From: Candidatus Sulfotelmatobacter sp.
GTDB taxonomy: Bacteria > Acidobacteriota > Terriglobia > Terriglobales > Acidobacteriaceae
NCBI GenBank assembly: GCA_049519055.1
Contig: JBEKRE010000007.1
Coordinates: forward strand, 21,339-85,338
Direction of reading: 5' to 3'
Length of the DNA: 64,000 nt
Positions 9,128 to 18,970 of the stretch are shown one piece after another. Under the pieces are notes generated by a model. That model was not told the DNA's origin. It did not search any database and saw only the letters and a list, made by a program, of their open reading frames with translations. Within the stretch, counting starts at the first letter, position 1. Every line of letters begins with the position of its first letter. The translations under genes were made by a program, and so were the position numbers.

Positions 9128-10507
9128 ATGGAATTCACATCCGCTCCTGCTGTGTCGTCTGCCCCTCGCCTCCGCCGTACGCTCACACTTTGGGATCTGA
9201 TTCTTTACGGCGTAATCGTGATTCAGCCAGTCGCGCCCATGTCTGTGTTTGGAGTGCTTAGCAATCGCGGTCATGGTCACGTGGTCACCACGGTTCTGAT
9301 CGCCATGGTCGCGATGCTTTTCACAGCGGTCAGCTATGGGCGGATGGCGCGCGCTTATCCCAGCGCTGGGTCGGCCTTCACTTATGTCGGCCAGGAGATC
9401 AATCCCGCACTCGGCTATGTAACGGGCTGGAGCATGGTCATGGATTACCTTCTCAATCCGATGATCTGCCTTATCTGGATCAGCCAGCAGGCGCATGTGT
9501 TCGCACCCGGTGTCTCCTATGCCGCATGGGCGGTCTTCTTCGCGCTGGTGTTTACCACGTTGAATGTTCAAGGCGTGAAAACTTCAGCTCGAGTGAATAC
9601 GGCACTGGCGGCGGGAATGGCGGTGGTAATTGCGATCTTTTTCGTGGCGGCGGCGCGCTACATTTTTGGCCACCCTCACGATGGCGCTGCATTCTTTACT
9701 CGGCCCTTTTACGATCCCGCGAGCTGGAATACGAAAGCGGTGCTGGGCGGTACCTCAGTTGCCGTGCTCACCTATATCGGTTTCGACGGCATCTCCACGC
9801 TCTCGGAGGAAGCCGAGAATCCGCGGCGAAACATTCTGCTGGCGACGGTACTGGTTTGTGTCGTGATTGGGATCCTGTCGGCCTTCCAGGTGTATGCGGC
9901 GCAGCTTATCTGGCCCGCCTCGGAACCGTATCCGAATATGGACACGGCCTTTACTTTCGTGGCGGGACGCGCTTGGGCGCCCCTGTTTGCCATCGTTGGG
10001 TTCACGCTGGTGGTGGCGAACTTCGGTTCCGCCATGGGTGCGCAACTGGGTGCGGCGCGCCTGCTCTATGGCATGGGGCGTAGCAATGCTTTACCGAAGT
10101 CCTTCTTCGGCGCAATCGATGCCAAGCGAAGAGTTCCGCGCAACAACGTTCTGTTTGTCGGCGCACTCGCTTTAGCGGGTGCATTTCTGCTTCCAGTACT
10201 GGCTGGATCCACCACCGGCTATGATCTGGGGGCAAACCTGCTTAATTTCGGTGCCCTTATTGCCTTCATGGGCGTTAACGCGGCGGCATTCGTCCGCTAC
10301 TACTTGCATGAACCGGGGAAAAAGCTTGGCAATCTGCTTCCGCCTGTCCTCGGTTTCGTAATCTGTTTCTGTCTCTGGATTAGCTTGAGCCCGAAAGCAT
10401 TGGTGTTTGGGGCGATCTGGATGGCGGTGGGAATTGCCGTAGGCGCATGGAAGACCAAGGGCTTTCGAGGCAACTTGGTCGACTTCGAATTGCCGCCCGA
10501 AGAATGA
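9128..10507 (+). CDS. APC-superfamily amino acid/polyamine permease (PuuP/PlaP-like)
   Basis: It is a polytopic membrane protein of about 12 TM helices. The N-terminal 'LRRTLTLWDLILYGVIVIQPVAPM...YPSAGSAFTY' resembles putrescine-importer-type APC permeases. Confidence 0.8.
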   Translation: MEFTSAPAVSSAPRLRRTLTLWDLILYGVIVIQPVAPMSVFGVLSNRGHGHVVTTVLIAMVAMLFTAVSYGRMARAYPSAGSAFTYVGQEINPALGYVTGWSMVMDYLLNPMICLIWISQQAHVFAPGVSYAAWAVFFALVFTTLNVQGVKTSARVNTALAAGMAVVIAIFFVAAARYIFGHPHDGAAFFTRPFYDPASWNTKAVLGGTSVAVLTYIGFDGISTLSEEAENPRRNILLATVLVCVVIGILSAFQVYAAQLIWPASEPYPNMDTAFTFVAGRAWAPLFAIVGFTLVVANFGSAMGAQLGAARLLYGMGRSNALPKSFFGAIDAKRRVPRNNVLFVGALALAGAFLLPVLAGSTTGYDLGANLLNFGALIAFMGVNAAAFVRYYLHEPGKKLGNLLPPVLGFVICFCLWISLSPKALVFGAIWMAVGIAVGAWKTKGFRGNLVDFELPPEE

Positions 10508-10524
10508 GAGGTATGGGAGGAAGA

Positions 10525-10902
10525 ATGTTAGGTTCAACCAACATCGTGGCTTTTGTTCCGACCAAAGACCCGACGAAGGCAAGAGCGTTTTACGAAGGAT
10601 TATTGGGACTTCGTTTTGTGAGGGATGATGGCTTTGCGACGGTGCTCGATGCGAACGGAATCATGGTCAGAGTGGCGAACGTGCCCCAATTTACTCCGGC
10701 ACAGTTTACCATTCTGGGATGGGAAGTTGCCGACATCCGAAAGACGGTTGAGAGCCTGCAGGAGAAGGGCATCCGCTGTGAGAAATTCGGCTTCCTCGAG
10801 CAAGACGAACTCGGGATCTGGACCGCACCAGCCGGCGACAAGGTGGCATGGTTCAAGGACCGGGACGGAAATATACTTTCCATCTCCCAACACGTCCGGT
10901 AA
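10525..10902 (+). CDS. VOC/glyoxalase-family protein
   Basis: 'FYEGLLGLRF...', 'WF(K)DRDGNILSISQ' is the glyoxalase/bleomycin-resistance fold signature. I chose ATG 10525 because it follows a GGGAGGAAGA Shine-Dalgarno sequence and clears the permease stop at 10507. The longer ORF from 10447 overlaps that permease. Confidence 0.75.
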   Translation: MLGSTNIVAFVPTKDPTKARAFYEGLLGLRFVRDDGFATVLDANGIMVRVANVPQFTPAQFTILGWEVADIRKTVESLQEKGIRCEKFGFLEQDELGIWTAPAGDKVAWFKDRDGNILSISQHVR

Positions 10903-10950
10903 CGCGAGAACTGCGCGATGACCAGACGATGCTAGCGCTGCTGCATTTCC

Positions 10951-13677
10951 TTAATTGGTATTCCAGCCACTCACTTGCACCACAGGTTTTTCCGACCCCA
11001 GTTCGCTGGTGCGATAGATTGCGGTTAGCTCCCTCTTTTCTCCGGGGAGCAGGGAAACGTAGTTGTCTTCCCAGACGACTGGTAGGATCTCTTCGCCGTT
11101 CGCGCCCTTGTTCACCTTCAACCTCACGAAGAAGGCCAGACTCTTGCTTGGGTTTTCGATGCTGACGTGCGTGACGGACTCTTCTCCTTTGCGCTCGGTG
11201 CGGTCGATAACTTTAAGCTTTACTTTGGCGAGTTGAGAGAGAGTAGCGAAATCAGCATAGGAATCGGTCGGAGTCATCCACCAGGTAGACTTGGCCCAGT
11301 CAATCGTCTCGGGTTTTGTGGATAGCCAGTAGAAATTCGAGCCTACTATTTTGCCCTTTGCGTCGGTGAGCCGCAGCATGAGGAAGTAGACGGGACTGAG
11401 TCCCGGCACTTCGGGCAGCGTGAATATTTTGGCGGTGCTGTCGGACGGCGCGTCGAGAGAGTTCTCGCGAGAGAACTTCTCAGTCATGTCGATATTGCAA
11501 ATCTTCGTCGTCAGCTTCAGGGCTTTCACATCCTCATATTGGCTGCTGACGACCCAAATGGAATGATCATCGTAGCCGTACAGCGGGTGCAGGGCTTCCA
11601 TGGCGCGTTTGGCGCCGAAATAGCCGCCGGCGGGGCGAAGATAATAATCGTAAAGATGCCAGATCATGGAAGGCCATGCATTGTTCAGCATCCACTGAAT
11701 CACGCCTGTCGATTGATACTTGTTACGGCTGTACGCCTCATACATGGCGCGAACGCCCTCGTAGGTTTGCAGTTGCGACTTCAAGGCGAAGTCTTCCGCG
11801 CTGTCCGATTCACCGTAACGGTTGGCAAGCGCCGTGCTAAAGACCTTGATGGTTTTAAACTCGCCGCCGCCGGCGTGATAGTTCCATACGTCGTCGATGG
11901 GCCATAGATGATCCTGGCCAACCATGCTGCGGATGCTTTCGATGGGAGGAACGGCGGGCCCCATGCTGGTTTCGGTGTTGAAGCCATAAGCGCCGCCGCA
12001 GCCGCCGGCATTGCACAGTTTGCGGTTCGGTTGGCCTGCGGGAGTGTCCTGTTCCCAATAGCTTGGAGCTATGTATTCATAGGGGCCCGACATTTTAACG
12101 CCACTGTCGCCGGTGACCGTCGTAGCTTTTCCAGTGGCCGAAGAGACGACTGGGTTGGGCCACTGGAGTTCCTTTTCGATGTTCAGATACATCTGCTCGA
12201 CGTCGGGTGGGGGAGGATTGTCGCTGCCATTCAGCCACATCACTAAGCTGGGATGGCTGCGCAGGCGATAGATCTGATCGCGCAAGGACTGCTGCGCGAT
12301 TTCAAAATCCTGCGGCTTCCAGCGCGGCCAGCGCTCCCAGAAGTCGCAGCAACACCAACCCGCCATCACCAGAATGCCCTTCTCGTCGGCGAGATCGAAG
12401 AACTCCTGGGTTTCGAGTTTGCCTTCGAGCCGGACAGTATTGAGTCCCATGTCTTCGACGTAACGGAATTCATCGTGTAGCCGCTGGGAGTCTTCGCGAA
12501 GCATCATGTCGGGAGTCCATCCGCCGCCGCGGATCAGGATGTTCTTGCCGTTGACGTGAAACTCGCGGCCGCCCGTCGAGTTGAGTTCGGACGTCGCCTC
12601 GCGAATGCCGAACCGCGTTTGCGAACGATCGCTGACCACGCCATCCACTTCGAACTCCATGGTCAGGGGATAAAGATTCGGCTTGCCCATCTGGGCAGGC
12701 CACCAGAGTCGCGGATTCGACAAAATGAGTTGCGGGAACTGCTCGGGAGTGAAAGCGACGTCTTTGTTTTCGTTTGCGGCGAGCTCGACATCTTGCTCGA
12801 AAGCGACGCTTTCGATCTGCCCTTTCAGCTTGCCTTTGACGAAATGGCTCGTGCCGTTCTTTAGCTGCGCCGTGACGGTGAGTCGAGCGGAATCGTTCGC
12901 TGGCAAATTCAACTTTGATATGACAGCGGGATAGTGAAGTGCCACCGGTCCGCTCGTGCTGACGTAAACCTCACGCCACAGGCCCATGTTTTTGTCGGGA
13001 GGTGCAGGGTTCCAGTCAACAAAGGTGATCGCCAGATCGCTTTCGGTCGGGGCAAAGACTTGCACCGCGAGAACGTTCTCAGCACCAGGTTTCACTGCCT
13101 CGGTAACATTGAGTTCGTAGGTGCGCCAGGCACCGGCGATGTCGTGGGAGTTAGCGATCTGTTTTCCGTTGAGCCATGCATTGGCGCGGTAATTGATCCC
13201 ATTAAAATTCAGCCAGATTGTTTTCCCCGAGTAAGACGCGGGCGCGGCAAATTGTTTTCGATACCACCACGAGACCGCGTAGGGACTATCGGGCTGCATC
13301 GCGATGTTGGAAAAATTTCCGCCGATGGGGTAGATCACACCGGCGAATTGGCGAAGGTTCATCGCAAAGAACGGGTCGGGAACAGTTTTATCCTTCACCA
13401 GTGCGGCCACTACGGTGGTCGGAACGGTGACTTTATGCCAGCCCTCGGAAACAAAGGCCGCGGTCGAAATGACTTCGCCCTTGGCTTCGACCTTGACCGA
13501 GGATTGAAGAGTCCAGTCGTCGCGAAGAAGGAGCTTCTCGGTCTTCGGAACGGCAGGATGTTGGTCCAACGACTGGCAATCAATGCGATCAAGGGTTAGC
13601 CAAAAATATGACGCGACGAATATCGTCACGAAGAATTGTGCCGAGAAGAATCTGAAGAACTGTCTTTTAGAGTTCAT
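10951..13677 (-). CDS. glycoside hydrolase family 2 protein (exo-beta-D-glucosaminidase/beta-mannosidase-like)
   Basis: It has an N-terminal signal anchor. 'WWYRKQF', 'LNFNGINYRANAWLNGKQIA' and 'NTVRLEGK' resemble the GH2 sugar-binding and TIM-barrel regions of CsxA-type enzymes. Confidence 0.75.
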   Translation of the reverse strand: MNSKRQFFRFFSAQFFVTIFVASYFWLTLDRIDCQSLDQHPAVPKTEKLLLRDDWTLQSSVKVEAKGEVISTAAFVSEGWHKVTVPTTVVAALVKDKTVPDPFFAMNLRQFAGVIYPIGGNFSNIAMQPDSPYAVSWWYRKQFAAPASYSGKTIWLNFNGINYRANAWLNGKQIANSHDIAGAWRTYELNVTEAVKPGAENVLAVQVFAPTESDLAITFVDWNPAPPDKNMGLWREVYVSTSGPVALHYPAVISKLNLPANDSARLTVTAQLKNGTSHFVKGKLKGQIESVAFEQDVELAANENKDVAFTPEQFPQLILSNPRLWWPAQMGKPNLYPLTMEFEVDGVVSDRSQTRFGIREATSELNSTGGREFHVNGKNILIRGGGWTPDMMLREDSQRLHDEFRYVEDMGLNTVRLEGKLETQEFFDLADEKGILVMAGWCCCDFWERWPRWKPQDFEIAQQSLRDQIYRLRSHPSLVMWLNGSDNPPPPDVEQMYLNIEKELQWPNPVVSSATGKATTVTGDSGVKMSGPYEYIAPSYWEQDTPAGQPNRKLCNAGGCGGAYGFNTETSMGPAVPPIESIRSMVGQDHLWPIDDVWNYHAGGGEFKTIKVFSTALANRYGESDSAEDFALKSQLQTYEGVRAMYEAYSRNKYQSTGVIQWMLNNAWPSMIWHLYDYYLRPAGGYFGAKRAMEALHPLYGYDDHSIWVVSSQYEDVKALKLTTKICNIDMTEKFSRENSLDAPSDSTAKIFTLPEVPGLSPVYFLMLRLTDAKGKIVGSNFYWLSTKPETIDWAKSTWWMTPTDSYADFATLSQLAKVKLKVIDRTERKGEESVTHVSIENPSKSLAFFVRLKVNKGANGEEILPVVWEDNYVSLLPGEKRELTAIYRTSELGSEKPVVQVSGWNTN

Positions 13678-13760
13678 GTCGCTCCATCGGCGCGAGGTCG
13701 CTGGTCGCGCGTGCAGATGCCGATCCGCGGACCTCGGTCCGGAACAAGATGGATAACACG

Positions 13761-13782
13761 TCTATTGATACGTTTCAATAGA
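13761..13782. promoter_or_regulatory. 22-bp near-perfect palindrome, candidate operator in the GH2/ppiD divergent promoter region
   Basis: The sequence is TCTATTGA-TACGTT-TCAATAGA, with perfect 8-bp arms. Extending to 11-bp half-sites centred on CG gives 10/11 matches. It lies in an AT-rich patch between the divergent starts at 13677 and 13900. A TATAAT hexamer sits at 13857-13862. Confidence 0.4.
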
Positions 13783-13899
13783 TGATTTTCCAGTTGGCGT
13801 AGGCCGGGCCGTGAAGTTAGTAAAGAGGCGAGACCGTCGCACGCGACTGCGTGGTTTATAATTATTGATCCCGCTTTCCACTTCCGGAGTGACAAGAAG

Positions 13900-15879
13900 A
13901 TGATTCGATTTCTGCAAACTGAAGGACCGTTCAAGAAAATTGTGCTCAGTGGTCTGTTGCTGCTTATTTGCGCGGCCATGGTGATCGCGTTTGTCCCGGG
14001 CATCGGCACCGATGTGTCTGGCACACCTGGCGCCGGGGTTGTGGCGAAAGTGGATGGCGAGGATATTACCACCCAGGAAGTGCGAGAGACGGCGCGCGGG
14101 ATGCTGCAACAGCAAGGCGCCCAGCTGGGCGCGAATGCTTCGCTTCTATTGCCGTTCTTTGCGCAAAGAGCGGCTGACCAACTCGTGGACCGGCAAGCCT
14201 TGGTGGCGGAAGCGCAACATCTCGGATTAAAAGCCACACCCCAGGAAATAAAAGACGAACTGCAACACGGACGCTATTCGGAGATTTTCTTTCCTGGTGG
14301 AAACTTCATCGGCCAGGCGGAATACGAAGGCCTGCTGCAGCAGCACAACTTAACCACCGCTGCGTTCGAAAGCAATGTGGGCAAAGAAATTCTGATCAGC
14401 AAGCTGCAGGCGCTGATTACCGGCAGCGCCTCGGTGAGCGACGCGGCCATCCGGCAGGAGTTCGACAAGCAGAATACGAAGGTGAAGTTTGAGTATGCCG
14501 TCCTGAAGCAGGACGACATTAAGAAGGGCCTTCATCCAACGACCGAAGAGTTGAAGGCCTTTTACGATAGCCACCAGAAAACCTACGCGAATTCCATTGC
14601 AGAGAAACGCGAGGTGAAATACGCCGTAATCGACCTCGCAAAAATCGAGAGTGGCGTTCAGGTGACGCACGACGACTTGCTGTCGTATTACAACCAGCAC
14701 CGTGATCAGTACCGCGTACCGGAGCAGGCCAAGGTTAGCCACATTCTGATCAAGACACCACTTCCCGGGCCCGACGGAAAAGTGGACGAAAAGGGCGTTG
14801 CGGAGGCGCAGCGGCGCGCCGAAGACATCCTTAAGCAACTCAGGGCGGGCGCCAAATTCGAAGATTTGGCCAAGAAGTATTCCGAGGATCCGGGCAGCGC
14901 GAAGGAAGGCGGATCTCTGGGATGGATTGGCAAAGGCCGAACCGTTCCCGAGTTTGAGAAAGCCGCCTTCTCACAGCCCAAGGGGCAGATCGGCGACCTG
15001 GTGAAGAGCAGCTACGGTTTTCACATCATTCGCGTGGATGACCGGCAGGACGCCCACATGAAGACGCTCGATGAAGTGAAAGGTCAGATCGAGCCAATCA
15101 TTAGGCAGCAGAAGACGCAGCAGTTCGCGCAGAAGCAGGCGGAAGATTTGCTTCAGCAGGCTAAGAAACAAGGATTAGATCCTGCGGCAGCGGCCAAGGG
15201 CGTGGCCGTCGTCACTTCCGATTTTTTCAGTCGCAAGGATATCGTGCCGGGATTAGGGCCTTCGCCGCAATTTATGGACGCCGTCTTCACGACGGCCGAG
15301 AAGTCGCCTCCGGAATTGGCCGCGACTTCGCAGGGCTTCGCCGTGTTCGATCTACTAGCGGTGAAGCCGCAATCGACGCCCACGTTCGAAGAGATTCGTA
15401 GCCGGGTTGAAGAGGAGTTCAGGAACGAGCGCTCGAGCATTCTGTTGTCGCAGAAGACGCTGGAACTCTCCGACCGTGCCAAGTCGGCGCATGACTTGAA
15501 GAAAGCGGCAAAGGAGTTAGGTTCCGAGCTGAAGACGAGTGAACTTGTTGCGCCTGATGGTCAGGTTCCGGATGTCGGGTCGATGACCGGGCAGGCTGCG
15601 GTTGCTTTTAGCATGAAACCGGGTGACATTAGCGGACCGATCAACAGCGGAGGCAATGGAGTGGTGATAGCTGTGACGGAGGTGCAACCTCCGTCAGAGG
15701 CTGATTTCGCCGCCAAGCGCGACCAGATTCGCGATACTCTCCTGCAGAACAAGGAACAAGAGCTTTTCGGATTATTCGTGACCAACTTACGCGATCAGAT
15801 GCAAAAGTCCGGCAAAATCAAGATCAACCAGGAAGAAATGAAGGCGCTAACCCGTTCGGGAAGCGAACCGGGAATCTGA
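13900..15879 (+). CDS. ppiD: periplasmic chaperone / peptidyl-prolyl isomerase, PpiD/SurA-like (parvulin domain)
   Basis: It has a single N-terminal TM anchor, a long SurA_N-like region, and the parvulin motif 'VSHILIK...GGSLGWIGKGRTVPEFEKAAF...SSYGFHIIRVDD'. Confidence 0.8.
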   Translation: MIRFLQTEGPFKKIVLSGLLLLICAAMVIAFVPGIGTDVSGTPGAGVVAKVDGEDITTQEVRETARGMLQQQGAQLGANASLLLPFFAQRAADQLVDRQALVAEAQHLGLKATPQEIKDELQHGRYSEIFFPGGNFIGQAEYEGLLQQHNLTTAAFESNVGKEILISKLQALITGSASVSDAAIRQEFDKQNTKVKFEYAVLKQDDIKKGLHPTTEELKAFYDSHQKTYANSIAEKREVKYAVIDLAKIESGVQVTHDDLLSYYNQHRDQYRVPEQAKVSHILIKTPLPGPDGKVDEKGVAEAQRRAEDILKQLRAGAKFEDLAKKYSEDPGSAKEGGSLGWIGKGRTVPEFEKAAFSQPKGQIGDLVKSSYGFHIIRVDDRQDAHMKTLDEVKGQIEPIIRQQKTQQFAQKQAEDLLQQAKKQGLDPAAAAKGVAVVTSDFFSRKDIVPGLGPSPQFMDAVFTTAEKSPPELAATSQGFAVFDLLAVKPQSTPTFEEIRSRVEEEFRNERSSILLSQKTLELSDRAKSAHDLKKAAKELGSELKTSELVAPDGQVPDVGSMTGQAAVAFSMKPGDISGPINSGGNGVVIAVTEVQPPSEADFAAKRDQIRDTLLQNKEQELFGLFVTNLRDQMQKSGKIKINQEEMKALTRSGSEPGI

Positions 15880-15904
15880 GATTCTGAGATAGTAATCGAT
15901 TCGC

Positions 15905-17434
15905 ATGTCGTTTCCCCGAGCCGCCGGCATCTTGTTACATCCCACGTCACTGCCTTCGCGCGGGGGCATCGGTGATTTTGGTCCAGCCGCTTATCAATTC
16001 GCAGATTCTCTTGCCGCGGCTCGCCAGGGGCTTTGGCAGGTTTTGCCACTCGGCCCGCTAGGCTACGGAAATTCGCCTTATTCCTCAATCTCCGCGTTCG
16101 CCGGTAATCCACTGCTCATTAGCTTGGAACGCCTGGCCAGCCGCGGTTGGATCGATCAGGACAAGATTTCCGCTCTTCTTTCGGACTCTGGTCCCGTGGC
16201 CTACGACCGGGTGTTCGCCACAAAAATGCCGCTCCTTTTTGAAGCCGCCCGCGGCTTTATCGCTTCCGCTTCGGCCAGTGCGCGCGACCGCTTCGAACGG
16301 TTTTGTTCGGAGAATGCCTGGTGGCTGGATGATTTCGTCCTTTTCGATGCGCTGCGGGCCCGGAGTAAGCTGGCAAGCTGGAACGAATGGCCGGCAGAGC
16401 TAGCTCGTCGTGAATCCTCTGCCATGGAACGCGCCCGCAAGGAACTGACGGATGATTTGAAAATCCGCAGCGCGCTGCAGTTTGCTTTCTATGAGCAATG
16501 GCAGGCGTTACGACGCTATTGCGCGGAGCGCAAGATCCGCATCGTTGGCGACGTGGCCATCTTCGTAAATTACGATAGCGCCGACGTCTGGATGCATCGT
16601 GATCTTTTTCGGTTGAATGAGAATCTCGAGTCCGAGGTAGTCTCCGGCGTGCCACCGGACTTCTTCAGCAAGACGGGCCAACGCTGGGGCAATCCCCTTT
16701 ACCGCTGGGATGTGATGAAAGCACGGGGATATGAATGGTGGATTCAGCGCCTGCGCTGGGCAACACGAAACTGTGACTTCATCCGTCTCGATCACTTCCG
16801 GGGCTTCGATCAGTTCTGGGAGATTCCGGCGGCGGATCCAACAGCGATCAATGGACGCTGGGTGGATGGTCCGCGGGATGACCTGTTTCATAAGCTGCGC
16901 GAAGCTCTCGGAGGGCTGCCCTTCTTCGCGGAAGACCTGGGCTACATTACGCCGGAAGTGCATGCTCTACGCGAACGGCTGCAGATTCCGGGAATGGCGG
17001 TATTGCAGTTTGGCTTCGGCGACGAGGGCGCGCACATGTATTTGCCGCATCGCGCCGCAGGCAAAGTGATCTACACCGGAACGCACGACAACGATACGAC
17101 GGCCGGCTGGTATCAAGCCTCGGCTGCGGAACATGAACGGTGCAACGCGGAATGCTATCTCGGCCGCGTCGACGACGGCATTCATTGGGCATTCATCCGA
17201 GCCGCGCAAACTTCGGTCGCCAACCTTGCTCTCATCCCGATGCAAGACGTGCTAGGTCTGGGTAGCGAAGCGCGCATGAACACTCCGAGTCGGGATGGCG
17301 GGAATTGGAAGTGGCGGCTTGCGCCTGGACAGTTCACGCCGGAATTGACAGCAAAACTTGCTCATCTTGCACAAGTGACAGACCGATTGCCGCAGCCGTT
17401 CGCTATCTCTCCAGATAGCAATTTCGTGGCCTGA
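15905..17434 (+). CDS. malQ: 4-alpha-glucanotransferase (GH77, amylomaltase)
   Basis: 'RAAGILLHPTSLPS..GIGDFG', 'WQVLPLGP..YGNSPY', 'GDVAIFV..DSADVW' and 'IRLDHFRGF' are canonical MalQ blocks. Confidence 0.92.
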   Translation: MSFPRAAGILLHPTSLPSRGGIGDFGPAAYQFADSLAAARQGLWQVLPLGPLGYGNSPYSSISAFAGNPLLISLERLASRGWIDQDKISALLSDSGPVAYDRVFATKMPLLFEAARGFIASASASARDRFERFCSENAWWLDDFVLFDALRARSKLASWNEWPAELARRESSAMERARKELTDDLKIRSALQFAFYEQWQALRRYCAERKIRIVGDVAIFVNYDSADVWMHRDLFRLNENLESEVVSGVPPDFFSKTGQRWGNPLYRWDVMKARGYEWWIQRLRWATRNCDFIRLDHFRGFDQFWEIPAADPTAINGRWVDGPRDDLFHKLREALGGLPFFAEDLGYITPEVHALRERLQIPGMAVLQFGFGDEGAHMYLPHRAAGKVIYTGTHDNDTTAGWYQASAAEHERCNAECYLGRVDDGIHWAFIRAAQTSVANLALIPMQDVLGLGSEARMNTPSRDGGNWKWRLAPGQFTPELTAKLAHLAQVTDRLPQPFAISPDSNFVA

Positions 17435-17536
17435 ATCACTCACCTGCGGTCCCACCGATTGTTAAAGGAGGGTTACACGGCTAGCGGGGCTTTGCGCCTT
17501 CTTCGGGATCGTGTATAGAAGTTACGGAGAGTTTTA

Positions 17537-18937
17537 TTGGCGAACGAACCCATTATCGAAGCCAGGGCAATTGAGAAGTCCTACCCGCAGTCGGATGGAA
17601 CCCGCATCCAGGTGGTTGGACTCACGGACTTCACCATTGAGCCCGGGAAGATCGTTGCTCTGCTGGGCGCATCCGGCTGCGGCAAATCGACACTGCTGCG
17701 CATTCTGAGCGGTCTTTCGCAACCTACTTCGGGCGCGCTGTTCTGGCACGGCAAGCCCCTGAACGGTCAAGCGCCCAACGTGGCGATCGTATTCCAGAGC
17801 TTCGCTCTATTTCCTTGGCTGACGGTGCTCGAGAACGTGGAGGCTCCACTGGAAGCGCGGGCAGTGCCTGCCGTAGAACGGCGCAAACGCGCACTCCGCA
17901 CTTTGGACACTGTCGGCCTCGACGGATTCGAGACGGCCTATCCCAAAGAATTGTCCGGCGGAATGAAGCAGCGCGTAGGCTTCGCGCGCGCTCTCGTAGT
18001 CGAACCGGAAGTGCTCTTCATGGATGAACCATTCTCCGCTCTCGACGTCCTCACGGCGGAAAACTTGCGCGGCGAACTACTGGAGCTTTGGCTTACGAAG
18101 AAGATGCCGACCAGCGCCATCTTCATCGTGACGCACAACATCGAGGAGGCCGTAATGCTGGCAGACCGAATCGTCGTGCTGGGAAGAAATCCCGCTCGCA
18201 TCCGGTCGGATTTCAACGTGAAGCTCTCGCATCCCCGCGATCGCAAGTCCAGTCGCTTCGTCGAACTGGTGGATTACATCTACAAAGTGATGACTGAACC
18301 GGACATCGAACATGCTTTGCCGGATCCGGAGAGCACCGGTGAGATTGTCGTTCCCCCGGGAGGATTGAAGAGAGGTCAACCGCCGGTCCGGACCAGCAAA
18401 TACCAGATACTGCCCCACGCCCGCGTGGGCGGAATCGCGGGACTGCTTGAGTTGCTGCACGACCGCGGCGGTCGCGAAGATCTATTTCGGCTAAGTGAAG
18501 ATTTGGTCATGGACGTTGAAGATCTGTTGCCGATTCTCGAAGCTTGCGTGCTGCTGGGTTTCGCGTGGTTGAAGGAGGGCGACGTCCAACTCTCCCCCCA
18601 AGGGGCAGCGTTCGCCGATGCCGACATTCAACGGCGCAAAGTTTTGTTCCGCGAAGCGGCACTGGAGCATGTCACGATCTTGAAGCAGATCGACAGCATT
18701 CTGAAGCGCAAATCGGATCACTCCATCGCCGACGAATTTTTTCACGATATTCTCGACGAGCATTTCGCCGAAGAGGAAGTACAGCGGCAGCTGGATACCG
18801 CCATGAACTGGGGCCGCTATGCCGAGATTTTCGATTACGACCGCGAGAGCGGCCGGTTGACGCAAACCGAATCTGCGTCGACCGAAACATCAGACCACAC
18901 CGAGAAACAGGACTCAGCTCCCGCGCCGAAAGCCTGA
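17537..18937 (+). CDS. ABC transporter ATP-binding protein (NitT/TauT-like) with a ~200-aa C-terminal extension
   Basis: It carries Walker A 'GASGCGKST', signature 'LSGGMKQRV' and Walker B 'LFMDEPFSALD'. The start is TTG, preceded by GGAGAG. Residues ~260-466 are an extra C-terminal domain. Confidence 0.88.
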   Translation: MANEPIIEARAIEKSYPQSDGTRIQVVGLTDFTIEPGKIVALLGASGCGKSTLLRILSGLSQPTSGALFWHGKPLNGQAPNVAIVFQSFALFPWLTVLENVEAPLEARAVPAVERRKRALRTLDTVGLDGFETAYPKELSGGMKQRVGFARALVVEPEVLFMDEPFSALDVLTAENLRGELLELWLTKKMPTSAIFIVTHNIEEAVMLADRIVVLGRNPARIRSDFNVKLSHPRDRKSSRFVELVDYIYKVMTEPDIEHALPDPESTGEIVVPPGGLKRGQPPVRTSKYQILPHARVGGIAGLLELLHDRGGREDLFRLSEDLVMDVEDLLPILEACVLLGFAWLKEGDVQLSPQGAAFADADIQRRKVLFREAALEHVTILKQIDSILKRKSDHSIADEFFHDILDEHFAEEEVQRQLDTAMNWGRYAEIFDYDRESGRLTQTESASTETSDHTEKQDSAPAPKA

Positions 18938-18970
18938 TCAAGAATTGAAGTTGGAAGAAAAAGCCATCGC

